The translations under genes were made by a program, and so were the position numbers. Positions 1 through 14,763 of a stretch of DNA of 64,000 nt are shown in pieces. Under the pieces are notes generated by a model, which saw only the letters and a program-made list of their open reading frames with translations, was not told where the DNA came from and did no database searches. Numbering within the stretch: position 1 is the stretch's first letter; the number at the start of each line of letters is the position of its first letter. Source of the stretch: Eledone cirrhosa (lineage: Eukaryota). The stretch spans positions 56,978,001 to 57,042,000 of the forward strand of contig OZ024745.1 of the NCBI GenBank assembly GCA_964016885.1, written 5' to 3'.

Positions 1-181
1 AATATCTGGAAGTCAACACTTACTAAATGTATGTCCTACAGTACAAGTTGTATGTAAAACATATACGATAATAGGAGTTTTATTATCAGTAAATTATAAA
101 TAATTATCAAAAAATATAATACCTAATTTCAACATTTCTATTAAGGTTGGGAACATTTAATTAGATTTAGTAGGACACATA

Positions 182-542
182 TTAAACTGCATTGACTAAG
201 AGAATTCCATTTTGTGATGTTGTCACCCTGACCTCCTGTGTACTCAGTGACCAGACCAATGTTTTCGTGCGGCAAATCCGGACCTCGAACCCGAGGTAGG
301 TTCCCCGAGAGGAGGAAAGGATGCAGTGATAATCGGTAGGTGATCTCCACGGTAACACGTTCAAAATATTCTCAGCTGAAATATCCCGAATAGCCAAGGG
401 TGTAGACTCTGAGAATTCCAGACATTTCCCGCCATCGTCTTCTTTCTTGTTCGTCTTTGTTGCGGTTCTTATTGGTAATTCAGAAAAGGATGTCGACATC
501 GACAAGAATAGAGCTAAATATTTCAAGGGTGTTCCTGAAATT
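182..542 (-). CDS. Candidate host gene, terminal coding exon (phase 2 to stop)
   Basis: Acceptor ttaccttctctgtgtag| followed by an open frame [12 protein letters not shown]...GILLVNAV* (ORF 182..526 extended). AATAAA lies downstream on the minus strand at 79-84. The sequence is non-repetitive. Confidence 0.55.
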
Positions 543-595
543 CTACACAGAGAAGGTAATTATCGTCATGAAGCAGAACATGTGACGAGAGGAGA

Positions 596-647
<52 letters not shown>

Positions 648-732
648 ATATATATATATATGTATGTGTATATATGTATGTATATATATATATATATATA
701 TGGATTTTAGTCTTCAAATTTATTATTATTAC

Positions 733-800
<68 letters not shown>

Positions 801-953
801 CAGCCTGTGTTTCTGAAATAACCATGAAAAGTTTATAGACAGGTGTATATAAGCATACTCACACAAATGTTATTACAAATTTGCTTAGAAACTGTATTCC
901 CCATACATGAGGGTAATCATTCTATGATACACATTTCAACAATATTATTTACA

Positions 954-1136
954 ATTGGCAGTATCGGTATAGGGTCGGACGCCATGCTTTGCAGCAAAGA
1001 GTTACGGCCCTTTATGATCTGAGTTCAAATCCCGCTGAGGTTAACTTTGCCTTTCATCCTTATGGGGTCGATAAAATAAAGTACCAGTAATGTACTTGGT
1101 AATTGCTGGCCTTGTGCAAAAAGTAGAAACAATTAT
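954..1136 (+). mobile_element. tRNA-derived SINE with MetaSINE-like central domain
   Basis: B-box gagttcaaatccc followed by gaggttaactttgcctttcatcct..ggggtcgataaaataaagtaccag. Near-identical copy at 27150-27328. Confidence 0.7.
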
Positions 1137-1768
1137 TTACATATGTGAATCTGTAGGACCGAACCGAACATTAATATCTATATACATGCAGTTACATACA
1201 CACTTAAATATCGTATGTTTATATATGGAAGTCCCATACAAGGAAAATAACAGTAAAACAGACTAATAATAGCAAAAATTGTCGAGTAAAATAAACACTA
1301 CAGAAGGAAAAAAGTTAAGAACAGCCAAATTCGGCGTTCGATCCTTCGTAGCGGATGGTGGTATCTACCTGATTTTCTAAACTATTATTCATAGCGATCG
1401 ACTGTTGCTACGGTATTTTCTGCGTTTGGAATATCCATTATTTCAGATTTCAAATCCCCAGAAGCTTCTATTATGTCTTTCCCAAAATGTTAGTATGCCA
1501 TGCCTCGCAGCCGATGTAATTACATAGAGTATCCCTCTTTGGTGCATGTTATTGCTTTACAGGCTACATGATTCGCTTCAAAATGTCACAAAATATTGAT
1601 ATCGTGCTCTCTTTAAGATCAGATATGGTTTGATCTTAATGTAATAAATGCCTTTTTCTGTGTGTGTGAGAGAGAGGGAGAGAGAAAAAAAAAGAGAGAG
1701 AGAGCATGTGTGCATATAAATGCATCCATCCATCCAAACATACACACACGTATATATGTTTGGGTATG

Positions 1769-1837
<69 letters not shown>

Positions 1838-1839
<2 letters not shown>

Positions 1840-1982
1840 CGAAGGAAGTGTGGTAACGAACCAGATGGACCATACCGCACCAAAGTACTCAATACTTAGG
1901 GTAGTAGAGTGGGTGATAGGAACGAGTAGGACCCAGACGGCTGAGCTCAAGCCGTTTCTCAGCCGTCGGGGTCCTACTCGTT

Positions 1983-1984
<2 letters not shown>
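1838..1984. mobile_element. Fold-back family A, copy 1 (PLE pLTR-like, (TA)n-flanked)
   Basis: An ~80-nt tail (aacgaaggaagtgtggtaac...) plus inverted arms ggaacgagtaggacc..gacggctgag / ctcagccgtcggggtcctactcgttcc. (TA)n on both sides. Confidence 0.75.
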
Positions 1985-2019
<35 letters not shown>

Positions 2020-2442
2020 TAGTTTATTTAGGCGTAACAAAGAATATGTCTTTTCATCCTGCGGATACGACTAAAAGAGAGTTTTTAAGAATTTGTTGAT
2101 GAATAAAATTCTTACGACATTTAACAAAGAAAGAAGAAATATGGAAACTAATAACAATAGAATCATTTGTTTGAAATATTCACAGATTATAGTTAATGTC
2201 AACTGATGAATAGCATTGCCTGAGTTTTGTCTTATTACTTTTTCTTTGCAGGGTATATCATTTGACAAGATTAAGATTGATCGATACACGAAGAAATAAA
2301 GAAAACAGGGTATACTGATTATAAATGTGAAGAATATGGCATGGACAATATTGTTTATAGGAACCTTGTAGCAAAGAAAACATACAAATAATAGGTTTTC
2401 ACAAATGATATATAACTGGTCACTTGATTTTTACAGACATAC

Positions 2443-2477
2443 CTGAGATCAATTTTACCATTTATTAGAATATGGGT
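2443..2477 (-). CDS. Candidate host gene, 35-nt internal exon (phase 0 to 2)
   Basis: ttctttggtag|ACCCATATT...GATCTCAG|gtatgt encodes THILINGKIDL(R) and is phase-compatible with both neighbouring candidate exons. Confidence 0.45.
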
Positions 2478-3134
2478 CTACCAAAGAATAACAACATATT
2501 TTTTTGTTGATTATGCAGTTGAGAATATGTATGTGAACACGATAAAGTGTTCCTAGTTATGTGTATATTTATCGGTATGAAAGATAAACTGGATGAACTG
2601 CCATGAAGGGAAAAATATCTAGAAAAATTAACTAGAAGCGGAAATTAAATGGAAAGAAAAACAACTGATTGGTTGCTTATATAAATGGATTTACTCGTTT
2701 TACATTCTCAGCCGCATGGCGATACATTTATATATGCATGTAACTATGTTTACATGTGAATATGTTTATATATATGAGTCCATGCGTACATATTTATACA
2801 TATGTCAAATATATACATCGATGTAAGTATGAATGTAAGCGTGTATGTATGAGTACATGCATGTATGTATATATATAAATGTACGTATATATGTATATAT
2901 CTATCTATCTATCTACTTATGTTTCCATAGATTAACATAGCATGAACAAGAGGATCCATGACAAAAGTATCACACTTCAAAATATAATTACTGGCGTCGA
3001 AATGATTGATTGAAACGCGATGGTTGTTCAGCATGTCCGCGGGATATCGATTTAAACAAATAAAAAACAAAGGTAATACACAAACTTACAAACACACACA
3101 CACATATATATATATATATACATACATACATGAA

Positions 3135-3174
<40 letters not shown>

Positions 3175-3177
3175 CAC

Positions 3178-3306
<129 letters not shown>

Positions 3307-3319
3307 ATGCTAACTTTTA

Positions 3320-3830
3320 TAGGCTTTGGCCTGTATTGGCCCAGAACATATCTAATTTAAATTTAATAGTATCAGCTGGCCATTTAGACACCATGGCCCA
3401 CTCAAATTAAAGAGTTATTGTTTTCGGGGAGATAACCCGGTGTTGCAGCTTCATTCGGAATTACTTGGAGGAAGTTGTCGAATGATATTTTTGAATTTTT
3501 TGGAATCTGCTTCAGCTTGTATGTTTTGGTTTTGAGGTGAAAGAGAGCGACACCAGTCGAGAGAGTAGTGTTCGAACATTACTCTCTCGACTGGTGTCGC
3601 TCCCTTTGAGGCGCTTCAATTGCCATAATACTTTGGTTCCTGTGAGGAAATCAGTGGACAACAGTATTGAAAGTGTGACCGCACAAACTTAGAGAAGGAT
3701 TATTGTATGGATATATTTCGCCTGAAAAGTTGTCCGAATCCAGAAAGACATCCTGTGTGACATGTCAACTTCGCTGTATATATGATTAGCCCAGCTTAGG
3801 TGGTTATCAAAAATTACACCCGGACTCTGG
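3320..3830 (-). mobile_element. Decayed CR1/L2-like LINE 3' fragment
   Basis: Minus-strand peptides GVIFDNHLSWANHI, YSLDWCR and FDNFLQVIPNEAATPGYLPENNNSL resemble the LINE ORF2 C-terminus. Frameshifted. Confidence 0.55.
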
Positions 3831-4254
3831 TGGTGTGGGATGCCACGAGAATTTCGAATGCGGATATAGAGTATGATAGTTTTAGAGCATATTATTATCT
3901 TATCCCGGGTGGATTGATCCCAATCTATCCTCGTTCAATAGCATATAGTTTGTTTCCTCCCACTGAATAACAGTAAGTAACTACTATTGAAGGCATGACA
4001 AGTCTTCCACACCATTCAGTGAAGGGCCTTCTGGACCACGGAATTCTCTGCGCTATTCTTGATGACGTCAATGACTACACACACATATACATATGTGTGT
4101 GTGAGTGTTTTTGTGTGCACACAGATTGTAATATTTATACATATATATATAATATATATATATATACACACACACATGTATAAATGTATATTTATGGATA
4201 TATATATAAATATATACATATATAGATGCATATATATATATATATTTATATGTA

Positions 4255-4714
<460 letters not shown>

Positions 4715-5071
4715 TTATTTATTTACGTTTGTTGGTTCAACACTGGATAGAACTGCTCTTTCCGTATGGTCAACTTCAATGTAATATTATGGAGTGCACT
4801 CAACGTAATGCAACTCACCCGTCTTCGTTTGTGTAGTTGGTGGTGCGAGTACGGAGTTAATTATTATAAAATAACAGGAGGCTGGACTGGTGTGATTCCT
4901 TAAAATGGCGGCCGACCGGGGTGGAAGCTGCTAAACGTTCGGTTTTCAGCCCCATGGATTATGTCACCGGATTCATACTGAACCCGGTCATTGAAATGTT
5001 CATAGTATAATAAACCTTTTAAGGAATCACACCAGTCCAGTCTCCTGTTATTATATAATATATATATATAA

Positions 5072-5128
<57 letters not shown>

Positions 5129-5217
5129 TGTGTGTGTGTGTGTGTGCGTGTGTGTGTGTGTGTGTGTGTTTGTGTGTGAGCGTATATGATTATACAATCC
5201 ATCATATCTATATCCAA

Positions 5218-5278
<61 letters not shown>

Positions 5279-5284
<6 letters not shown>

Positions 5285-5855
5285 ATACTTTGGGAGGGTC
5301 ATGTTGCCAATAAGAAACACACGCACCAGTTGCTTTCACTTCAATTTAATTTATTAAATATTTATAAATTTACAAATTTATAAATTTCTGGTTGGTTGGT
5401 TGGTTCCACAACCAGATAGTTGTTTATATATATATAGTCATAGTTCTTTCGTCACACACTCTGTGACCTCTTCAGTGACTGGGGATTTCTTTCTTCGTTT
5501 CTGTGCCTTTCCTTTCTTCTATCCTACGCCATTTTTGAAAAATGGCGTAGGATAGAAGAAAGGAAAGGCACAGAAACGAAGAAAGAAATCCCCAGTCACT
5601 GAAGAGGTCACAGAGTGTGTGACGAAAGAACTATGACTATATATATATAAACAACTATCTGGTTGTGGAACCAACCAACCAACCAGAAATTTATAAATTT
5701 GTAAGTTTATAAATATTTAATAAATTAAATTGAAGTGAAAGCAACTGGTGCGTGTGTTTCTTATTGGCAACATGACCCTCCCAAAGTATAACAATATCGG
5801 TTTCAACACACGATTTCAGATAAAGAATCTTGCTAAACAAATTCAGAAACGAAAT
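5279..5855. mobile_element. ORF-less fold-back of the Neptune PLE pLTR
   Basis: A palindrome of about 255 bp per arm centred at ~5537, matching the pLTR at 50892-51143. The right arm extends a ~60-nt tail into the ORF start. (TA)n flanks. Confidence 0.9.
5594..5638 (+). ncRNA. Type I minimal hammerhead ribozyme (pLTR)
   Basis: AGTCA-CTGAAGA-G-GTCAC(agagtgt)GTGAC-GAAA-GAAC-TA-TGACT. Mirror copy on the minus strand at 5436-5480. Confidence 0.75.
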
Positions 5856-6081
5856 ATGTATATATATTTATATATATATATGTTAACATACATGAATGAA
5901 TGCGTATCATGCATTTGCAACAGCACAAATATACAAAACATTTTAAAATGTTAAGTGTAACACTTCATTTTGGTATTCATCCTAGTTGTAGTGGTTCGCT
6001 TTGTTTCTCTAATAGAAATCATGTCCTTTTCTCTAAAAATAATTTTTAATCTGAAGACGATAGATACGAAATCATAGATAC

Positions 6082-6207
<126 letters not shown>

Positions 6208-6228
6208 ATATATGTATATATATGTGTG

Positions 6229-6275
<47 letters not shown>

Positions 6276-6288
6276 GTATATGTATGTT

Positions 6289-6326
<38 letters not shown>

Positions 6327-6342
6327 AGTGAAGGTAATGAAT

Positions 6343-6456
6343 GCATGTGGCTGAGTGGTTAGATAATTTGATTCGCAATCGTAAGGTTGTGAGTTCGTTC
6401 CTGGACCAGGCGATGCGTTATGTCCTTGAGCAAGACACTTTATTTTACGTTGCTCC
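6343..6456 (+). mobile_element. tRNA-derived SINE 5' part (CORE/V-like domain)
   Basis: A-box tggctgagtgg, B-box gagttcg, then gtccttgagcaagacacttt. Confidence 0.55.
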
Positions 6457-6895
6457 TTCTACCTGGAGTTGCGACCGATAGATAGTATTAGCAATTGGAA
6501 AGACCAACGGAAACATTGTTTCCTTGGTCCGATTTGACGAAAGTCGATCGTTCCTCGAATATGTATGTAAAAGGTAAACAGAAATAACAACACAAACGGT
6601 ACAGTATATGGCAATGAGAAATAAAATAGATTAAGGGGACGGGCGGATGGAATTGGAAAAAATGTATTTAGATAAAAATATCAGGTCCATTCATGTTGAC
6701 ATCTCTTGATATATATATATATATTTATGTGTGTGTGTGTGTGTGTGTGTATACATACATATACATATGTATGTATAAATATATATATATATATATATAT
6801 ACATGTATTTATATATATAAATTTATATATATATATATAAAATTATATATATATATATAAATTTATATATATATAAATTATATATATATATAAAT

Positions 6896-6935
<40 letters not shown>

Positions 6936-6944
6936 ATGTATATA

Positions 6945-6989
<45 letters not shown>

Positions 6990-7001
6990 GAATATATATT
7001 A

Positions 7002-7047
<46 letters not shown>

Positions 7048-7368
7048 TATATACACACACAATATATATTCATACACACGTATCTGTAAGCGGAATATTT
7101 AAATTATGCAATTCTTTCCTTAATTTAAATAATGATTTATTTGCCCAGTTGCAGACATCTTTTCCATTTAAAGAGCCGTGTTATTTTAAAGGGTTATTAC
7201 TATGTGGATATGAATACAGACATGCATACATAAATACATAGATGCACTCCCACATGTTCAGCGATGAAATTTCGACCACCTTCGTTTCCTGCAATTTTAT
7301 CACGTAATAAATTAACGGACCAACCTGTTGGTTAAATCACATTGCATGCGGTTGTGTACCCTGCTTAC

Positions 7369-7475
7369 GTGTGTATCCATAAGGTAATTCTCAAAATCTT
7401 TCAATGGGGAAGGTTTATGCGTTAAGTCGAAGTCTTCGAATTCCAGATACAACACATTTTTCCCCGCTGAGTGTT
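7369..7475 (-). CDS. Candidate host gene, 107-nt internal exon (phase 1 to 0)
   Basis: ttggttcag|AACAC...GATACACAC|gtaagc encodes (E)HSAGKNVLYLEFEDFDLTHKPSPLKDFENYLMDTH. Confidence 0.55.
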
Positions 7476-7895
7476 CTGAACCAACGTAATACATAGTGTC
7501 AAGCTGATTGACACAATGCGCCGCAGGAAATTGAATTCAGGAACGAACGTGTGAGAGTCCAACACCTTGAATGCTAAATCCAACGTCTTCTCTAAGAGAA
7601 AGATATCTAACTGCTAAAGAGTGTTCATGTGATTTATTGGGGTAAAAAACAGTAATGTAATTATACAGACGAACAAACAGAGGAGAATATAATATACATT
7701 TGTAGCAAGTGTAGCGAAATAAGAGAGAAATAACAAAAATAAAATAAATCTAAAAGTAAACAAACAAATGAGAAGTGAGAATGCGACATATAAATCCGTT
7801 GAGAGTGGAGGGCACATGATATATTTTTGTAGTTAGTACGAATCAGAATTGACAGCTATGGATGACCATGTTCCTGTTTTTGCACACACACATAC

Positions 7896-7966
<71 letters not shown>

Positions 7967-8863
7967 CGTATGTAGCTGAAGGCTGAGAGCATACAGTACT
8001 CAATACCAATGTAGATATTTTGATATTGATTTTATTAAGGTTAGATAGTGAGTCTTCTTTCTCTGGAGTATTGCCTATATATCAGGGTCGAACGACTGAT
8101 ATGCATATGAAAATCCAAAGTAACAAGACTCACCATTTATCCTTAATAAAACGAATATATACGTGCAGGCCTGTTTGCTTCCACCAACTGAAGGTGCAAC
8201 GTTGGCATTAAGACAAGGTTAACTCTACATGCATTGTCGAAAGATAACAAATCCCGCCAAATTTTGGAAAATAATACTGGAGTTCTCTCTCTTACTGGCT
8301 TCTCTGGATTTGAAAACCAAAGATAGGAAATCCCGCCTTCAAACTGTAAGGAAAATATCAGATGATCAAATGGGTACCAGTCGCTATATTTAGTAGTTCA
8401 ACCTCAATCAGTAGAAATACCCAACCTGGAATAAGGTCTCCATAAGCATTTGTGTTCCAATACATTTCATTTATGCATATAAGCAGACTTACACACACAA
8501 ACACACACACACACACACGCGCACAAACACACACACACGCACACAAACACACATATATACACACACACATACTCAAACTAACAGACCCACAACTACAGCC
8601 ACATGGGCATGTATGTATGTAGATATATATGCTTATTTGTAACTACACAAATTAAGTATTCATAGCCACCCCAACTAATCTATCTCTCTCTATATATGTG
8701 TGTGTGGGGGTGAGGGGGGTGTTAATGTATGTATGTGTAGGCGTGTACTTTGTTCACACGGATATATATTTATATACATATATAGGTGTGCACCCTTAGC
8801 TTTCTTTCTAACATTCTTTCGGTCTGTCTGCCTCTCTCTCTCTCTCTCTCGCTCTCTCTCTCT

Positions 8864-8941
<78 letters not shown>

Positions 8942-9082
8942 GTTTTAGGAAGTATTTAGCCAGACAAACGTGGTCGGGCTAAAAGTTATCAAAGTTATAT
9001 ATATATGTCCCACATATATGTCACAAGGCTCTGATACCATCAACACCATAAACATAGAGCTGGCATATCTAAGAACTGACTA

Positions 9083-9138
9083 ACTGCCTGATGAGGTCAT
9101 AGCCATTCAATGGCTATCATCGAAATATATATAGCAGT
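9083..9138 (+). ncRNA. Type I hammerhead ribozyme
   Basis: ACTGC-CTGATGA-ggtcATAGCCAT(tca)ATGGCTATcatc-GAAA-TATATA-TA-GCAGT. Core intact, stem III palindromic, AUA cleavage triplet. Confidence 0.75.
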
Positions 9139-9585
9139 AAATACAGGATTATGAGTTCATGCACTTGACTTATGTTTTGTCAGTATATATATATATACAT
9201 ATATATGAGTGTGTGTGTGTGTATGTGTGTGCGTTTGTGTGTATGTTTGTGTGTGTGTGTGTTTGTGTGTTTGTGTATGTTTGTGTATGTGTGTGTACGT
9301 TATTACATAGAGACATACAGTCAAACAAACGAAAGATATAGATATATACAGTATGTGTCTGCCTATTATGTATATGAATTGATCGGTTCAAGTCAGTTTA
9401 AACCGACTTCGTTTATACGATGTTATCGATCTCGGAATATTTTAAATCAAGTCTGGTACTTAAAACAAGTATGGAACTTTTTTTTGTCGAATAGGACCTC
9501 AACCTTAATGGATATAAACATATTCACACACAAATGTATAAACAGACAGACACTCACACACACACACATATATATATATGTGTGT

Positions 9586-9647
<62 letters not shown>

Positions 9648-9761
9648 ACACGTTTGTGTGACTATGTTTATATCAGTTAACGTAATATGTAGACGCGCTC
9701 CATCATCCACTTTTCTAAAACATAAATCATACACAAAACGCCAGCACCAACAGTTTTGCAA

Positions 9762-9965
9762 CATGTCAACATGAATGGACCTAGTATTTTTATCTAAAGA
9801 CATTTTTTCCAATTCCATCACACCCGTCCCCTCAATCTATTTTGTTTCTCATTCTTTCTTCTGATGAAGGACTAGCGCCCGAAACGTTATGACCCCCTTC
9901 CTGCTATATCAAGCGTTAACCTAATATATACCTTCCATTATGTGTTGTTATTTCTGTTTACATTT

Positions 9966-9972
<7 letters not shown>
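9762..9972 (+). mobile_element. pLTR-like family C with minimal HHR (CTGATGA-AGGAC-tagc-G(T/C)CC-GAAACGT)
   Basis: HHR core at 9861-9888. Other copies on the minus strand at 25041-25256 (core CTCATGA) and 6563-6701 (HHR segment deleted). Confidence 0.65.
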
Positions 9973-9996
<24 letters not shown>

Positions 9997-10277
9997 TAAA
10001 ATACAAATAGTTAATCAAGATTTAATCAAGGTAGTCACTACCTTGATTAAATCTTAACCATTTAACATCTCAGGGTATGTCATGTATCATTATATTTTGT
10101 CTGTGAGGATGTACTGTTGTACCTCCGAAGTATAAAATGTAATTGATCAAAAGAACATCTATTTTATTAATATTTGTATTTTAATATTAATAACTCTGGA
10201 AAATTATATACCGTAGAGTGCTTCCAATCCACTGTAAAACTCATTCTCTGATATACTCATTGAATCTTGTTTAACTC

Positions 10278-10346
<69 letters not shown>

Positions 10347-10516
10347 TATATATAATACGAGAATTGACAAATCTCCACCCACCAAGGTTCCTATCAAACT
10401 GTGACTATCTTAGAACACACTTGTACAAGGTGCAATGCAACTTCTCAGAACCCTAATCAAACTTGTTTCGAAGCGAACTCCTTCATCTATGTGTGTGTAT
10501 ACCCCCCCTCCTCCCC

Positions 10517-10580
<64 letters not shown>

Positions 10581-10828
10581 CAATAAGCATGATCCTAATA
10601 CCTTTCGTAACTTTTACTACTGTGTTGTTGTTTTTTTTATTTCCCAAGTATATATATAGATATATATATTGAATGGTATGGTTATTGAATATTACGTATG
10701 TTTCACAGCTGATTGGCTCTAGAGTATATTTGATATGATAGAGCTGATTCCAGACGTATTCAATCAATCAATATTATGGAACAGCATACATATATGTGGT
10801 ATGTGTGTGTGTGTGTGTGTATGTGTGA

Positions 10829-10876
<48 letters not shown>

Positions 10877-10923
10877 TTGTATATGTGTATATATATATAT
10901 ATTTTTGTTAATGCTTATATATA

Positions 10924-10964
<41 letters not shown>

Positions 10965-11056
10965 ATATATATATGTGTATGTGTTTGTATATGTGTATAT
11001 ATATATATGGATATATATATTTTTTTAATGCTTATATATATATCTATATATATATA

Positions 11057-11108
<52 letters not shown>

Positions 11109-11449
11109 TAACCACATTGAAGTAAGTTGGCGTGTATGACGGTCAAATGACGTCTCAACTCTGTCACCGCGTATTACAGTCACTTTTTATCGATCGTGAA
11201 TAGAGATGAAAGTAAGTCATTATCAACTGGAAACATTTGATGTTCGTGCAATGAGGCGACAGAACAATAAGACTGACACACGTATACAACCATACACATA
11301 AATACACATCTACACATACAAATATATACGTGTACACAGTCACCTGTACTTATAACAGCATGTGAGATTGCATTCATTAATTCGCGCACATAAAGATTTT
11401 ATGCATGCTTACATACATGTTTACATACATACATCCATTCACACACACA

Positions 11450-11500
<51 letters not shown>

Positions 11501-11669
11501 GTATATATATATATATACATATATAATACATATATATGCATATGTATGTATATATGTATGTATATGCATATATACACACACATATCCATAATTGAAGTGG
11601 GCTAACAGCCGGTGTGTAAGATAATGTTATATCTGTATAAATACAGTGTGGGTATCTGCGACTGCACTG

Positions 11670-11770
<101 letters not shown>

Positions 11771-11786
11771 CACATATATATATATA

Positions 11787-11872
<86 letters not shown>

Positions 11873-12376
11873 CATATTTCATATGTAAGCATGAAAACAT
11901 GCTAGAAAATACGAATTTCTCTGTAATGTATGTCTGCTTGTATGCCTGCATGTGTATGTGTATGTGTATGTGTATGTGTGTGCGTGCGTGTGTGCTGTGC
12001 CTTTCTGTGTGTGTTTAACCAACCGAATTGCAGACAATACCTCTGGTTTAGTATACGTTCTGATAATATTTATGTTTTATCAGAAATCAAGACGATAGCC
12101 GGAATTTCCATTTCGCAAAGATAGAAAGAATACGTACTACAATCTTTCCTCTTTGTATTCCGAATCTTGTACATTAACGTATCTTTGTCAGTATGTGCTT
12201 GTGTGTTTCGGCGTGTTTATCAAAAACGTGCTTTTCTAATAGTATGTGTAGAGTACTTGTTTGTTTGCATACATCTCTATTGAAGTATGTTGAATGTATT
12301 TTCATGAATCCCCTTTAGAAATGTCGCAATCAGTAAATGTGCTTCAGTTGTTTAATAGAATATTTCTATATATTGA

Positions 12377-12442
<66 letters not shown>

Positions 12443-12444
<2 letters not shown>

Positions 12445-12630
12445 AACAAGTATGACTCCGACGGCAGAGCTCAAGCCGTTTCGACGGCTATTTCTGGACG
12501 AAATAGCCGTCGAAACGGCTTGAGCTATGCCGTCGGGGTCATACTTGTTTCTATTACCCACTCTACTACCCTAAGTATTGAGTACTTTGGTGCGTTATGG
12601 TCCATCTGGTTCCTTACCACAATTCCTTCG

Positions 12631-12632
<2 letters not shown>
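12443..12632. mobile_element. Fold-back family A, copy 3 (opposite orientation)
   Basis: Palindrome centred near ctggacg, with the tail on the right ending ttccttcgtt(AT)n. Confidence 0.75.
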
Positions 12633-12674
<42 letters not shown>

Positions 12675-13070
12675 GCACATATATATTTATGCATGTATGT
12701 TAGTAGGTATGCAGATGCATATACACCCGATATATATTTATGTTTCTGTGTGTGTTTACATGTGACTGTGTATGTGTGCGCGGATATCTGGGCGTGGATT
12801 CGTGTGGTTTTCCGATATTTTGTCTAGTTATACAAGTTTCCAAGTTTGTTCGTAGTACCTTCCATATCATTCCCCGTCAATCATGTAAACAATCTTACGT
12901 ACATACCCGAACACTAACACCCATCAACAAACTCACACTCACATACTCAAATTTATATATGTATATATATACATATAGTAATAATTGTTTCTACTTTTGG
13001 CACAAGGCCAGCAAATATTTTATCGACCCCGTAAGGATGAAAGGCAAAGTTAACCTCGGAAGTAACAATG

Positions 13071-13169
<99 letters not shown>

Positions 13170-13176
13170 ATATATT

Positions 13177-13443
13177 GGAGCTTCCAACCAGAATGGTTGC
13201 ATTTTTTAAGGGGATGTCAATATTTATTTATAAAACTAACCTATATTATATTTTATCTGAAGAAAGCGCACCATAGTTTGCTCAGGTGCCCTTGAAATAT
13301 GTATATTGAAATAAATATGGTTTTATAAATATAGTTTACATTTGTTAATATATTGTATATTTACTCCAATAATTTGTTGAGTGCTTTATATCAACTATAA
13401 AAATATTTTGCTTGTTGTATCCCAACAAATTAAATATAACATC

Positions 13444-13445
<2 letters not shown>
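13177..13445 (+). mobile_element. pLTR-like family B with degenerate HHR
   Basis: CTGAAGA-aagcgcacc...ggtgccctt-GAAA. Second copy at 21259-21528. Both lie between TA tracts. Confidence 0.55.
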
Positions 13446-13479
<34 letters not shown>

Positions 13480-13671
13480 GGAAAATGTTTGACCCCGGCG
13501 GCAGAGCTCAAGCCGTTTCAACGGCTATTTCTGGACTCAGAAATAGCCGTTGAAACGGCTTGAGCTCTGCCGCCGGGGTCAAACATTTTCCTTTACCCAC
13601 TCTATTACCCTAAGTATTGAGTACTCTGTTGCGTTATGGTCCATCTGGTTCCTTACCATACCTCCTTCGTT
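13480..13671. mobile_element. Fold-back family A, copy 4
   Basis: Perfect inverted arms of roughly 50 bp centred near ctggactcag, tail on the right, (TA)n flanks. Confidence 0.75.
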
Positions 13672-13968
13672 ATATATATATATATATATATACAAACATA
13701 CATATATAATTTTATTTCATATATAAATTACTTCTACAGGACTAGAACTGTTTCATTCTTATGAAATCAACAGGAAACCTGAAATTCTAGTGACTTCTGT
13801 ATAAAATAAAGATGCCTATATTCTACTACCCTACTAGATACCGTTTTAAACTGTGACCATCTCCCGATACCCACCGAGAACTCACCCATAATTATATATG
13901 TATGTATCTCTCACTCTCACTGTCTTTGTCTGTCTCTCTTTCTCTCTCTCTCTCACTCTCTCTCTCAC

Positions 13969-14078
<110 letters not shown>

Positions 14079-14090
14079 TGTATATATATT

Positions 14091-14213
<123 letters not shown>

Positions 14214-14616
14214 ACTGAAAAGAATAATATTCCTAAAAGCAGTAAACAATTGTAAACTGAGTCGTTTGTTAGAAATAATAGCTAAGAAGGCCTTAGCAAT
14301 TATATATTGCAATCGACTATAATTACTGTAATTTTTCCCCGTTTGGGATTACCATATTTCTCTAAGAAATTCAAACCTACCCAACACTCCGATAATTTAA
14401 AAAATATATTATATTCCTCAGATCACTATATGTTATATGTTTAAAACAACAATGCATTAGAAACATTCAAAGATTAACTGAATTAACACTCAATACTGTT
14501 GTGTTGATTGTTGCAGGACTTCAATTCGTGTTTTTTTTTTAAATTTTAATTCCATATTACTTTGCCTATTTTTTGCATAAGTATGATATGCGCGCGTGTA
14601 TGTGTGTGTGTATATA

Positions 14617-14649
<33 letters not shown>

Positions 14650-14652
14650 TTT

Positions 14653-14763
<111 letters not shown>

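Noticed and set aside
954-1040. tRNA gene
   Set aside because: Only the B-box region is tRNA-like, there is no cloverleaf, and it continues into a SINE body.
7420-7465. CUB-domain assignment from GKNVLYLEFEDFDL
   Set aside because: A single short motif. The surrounding sequence lacks the remaining CUB features.
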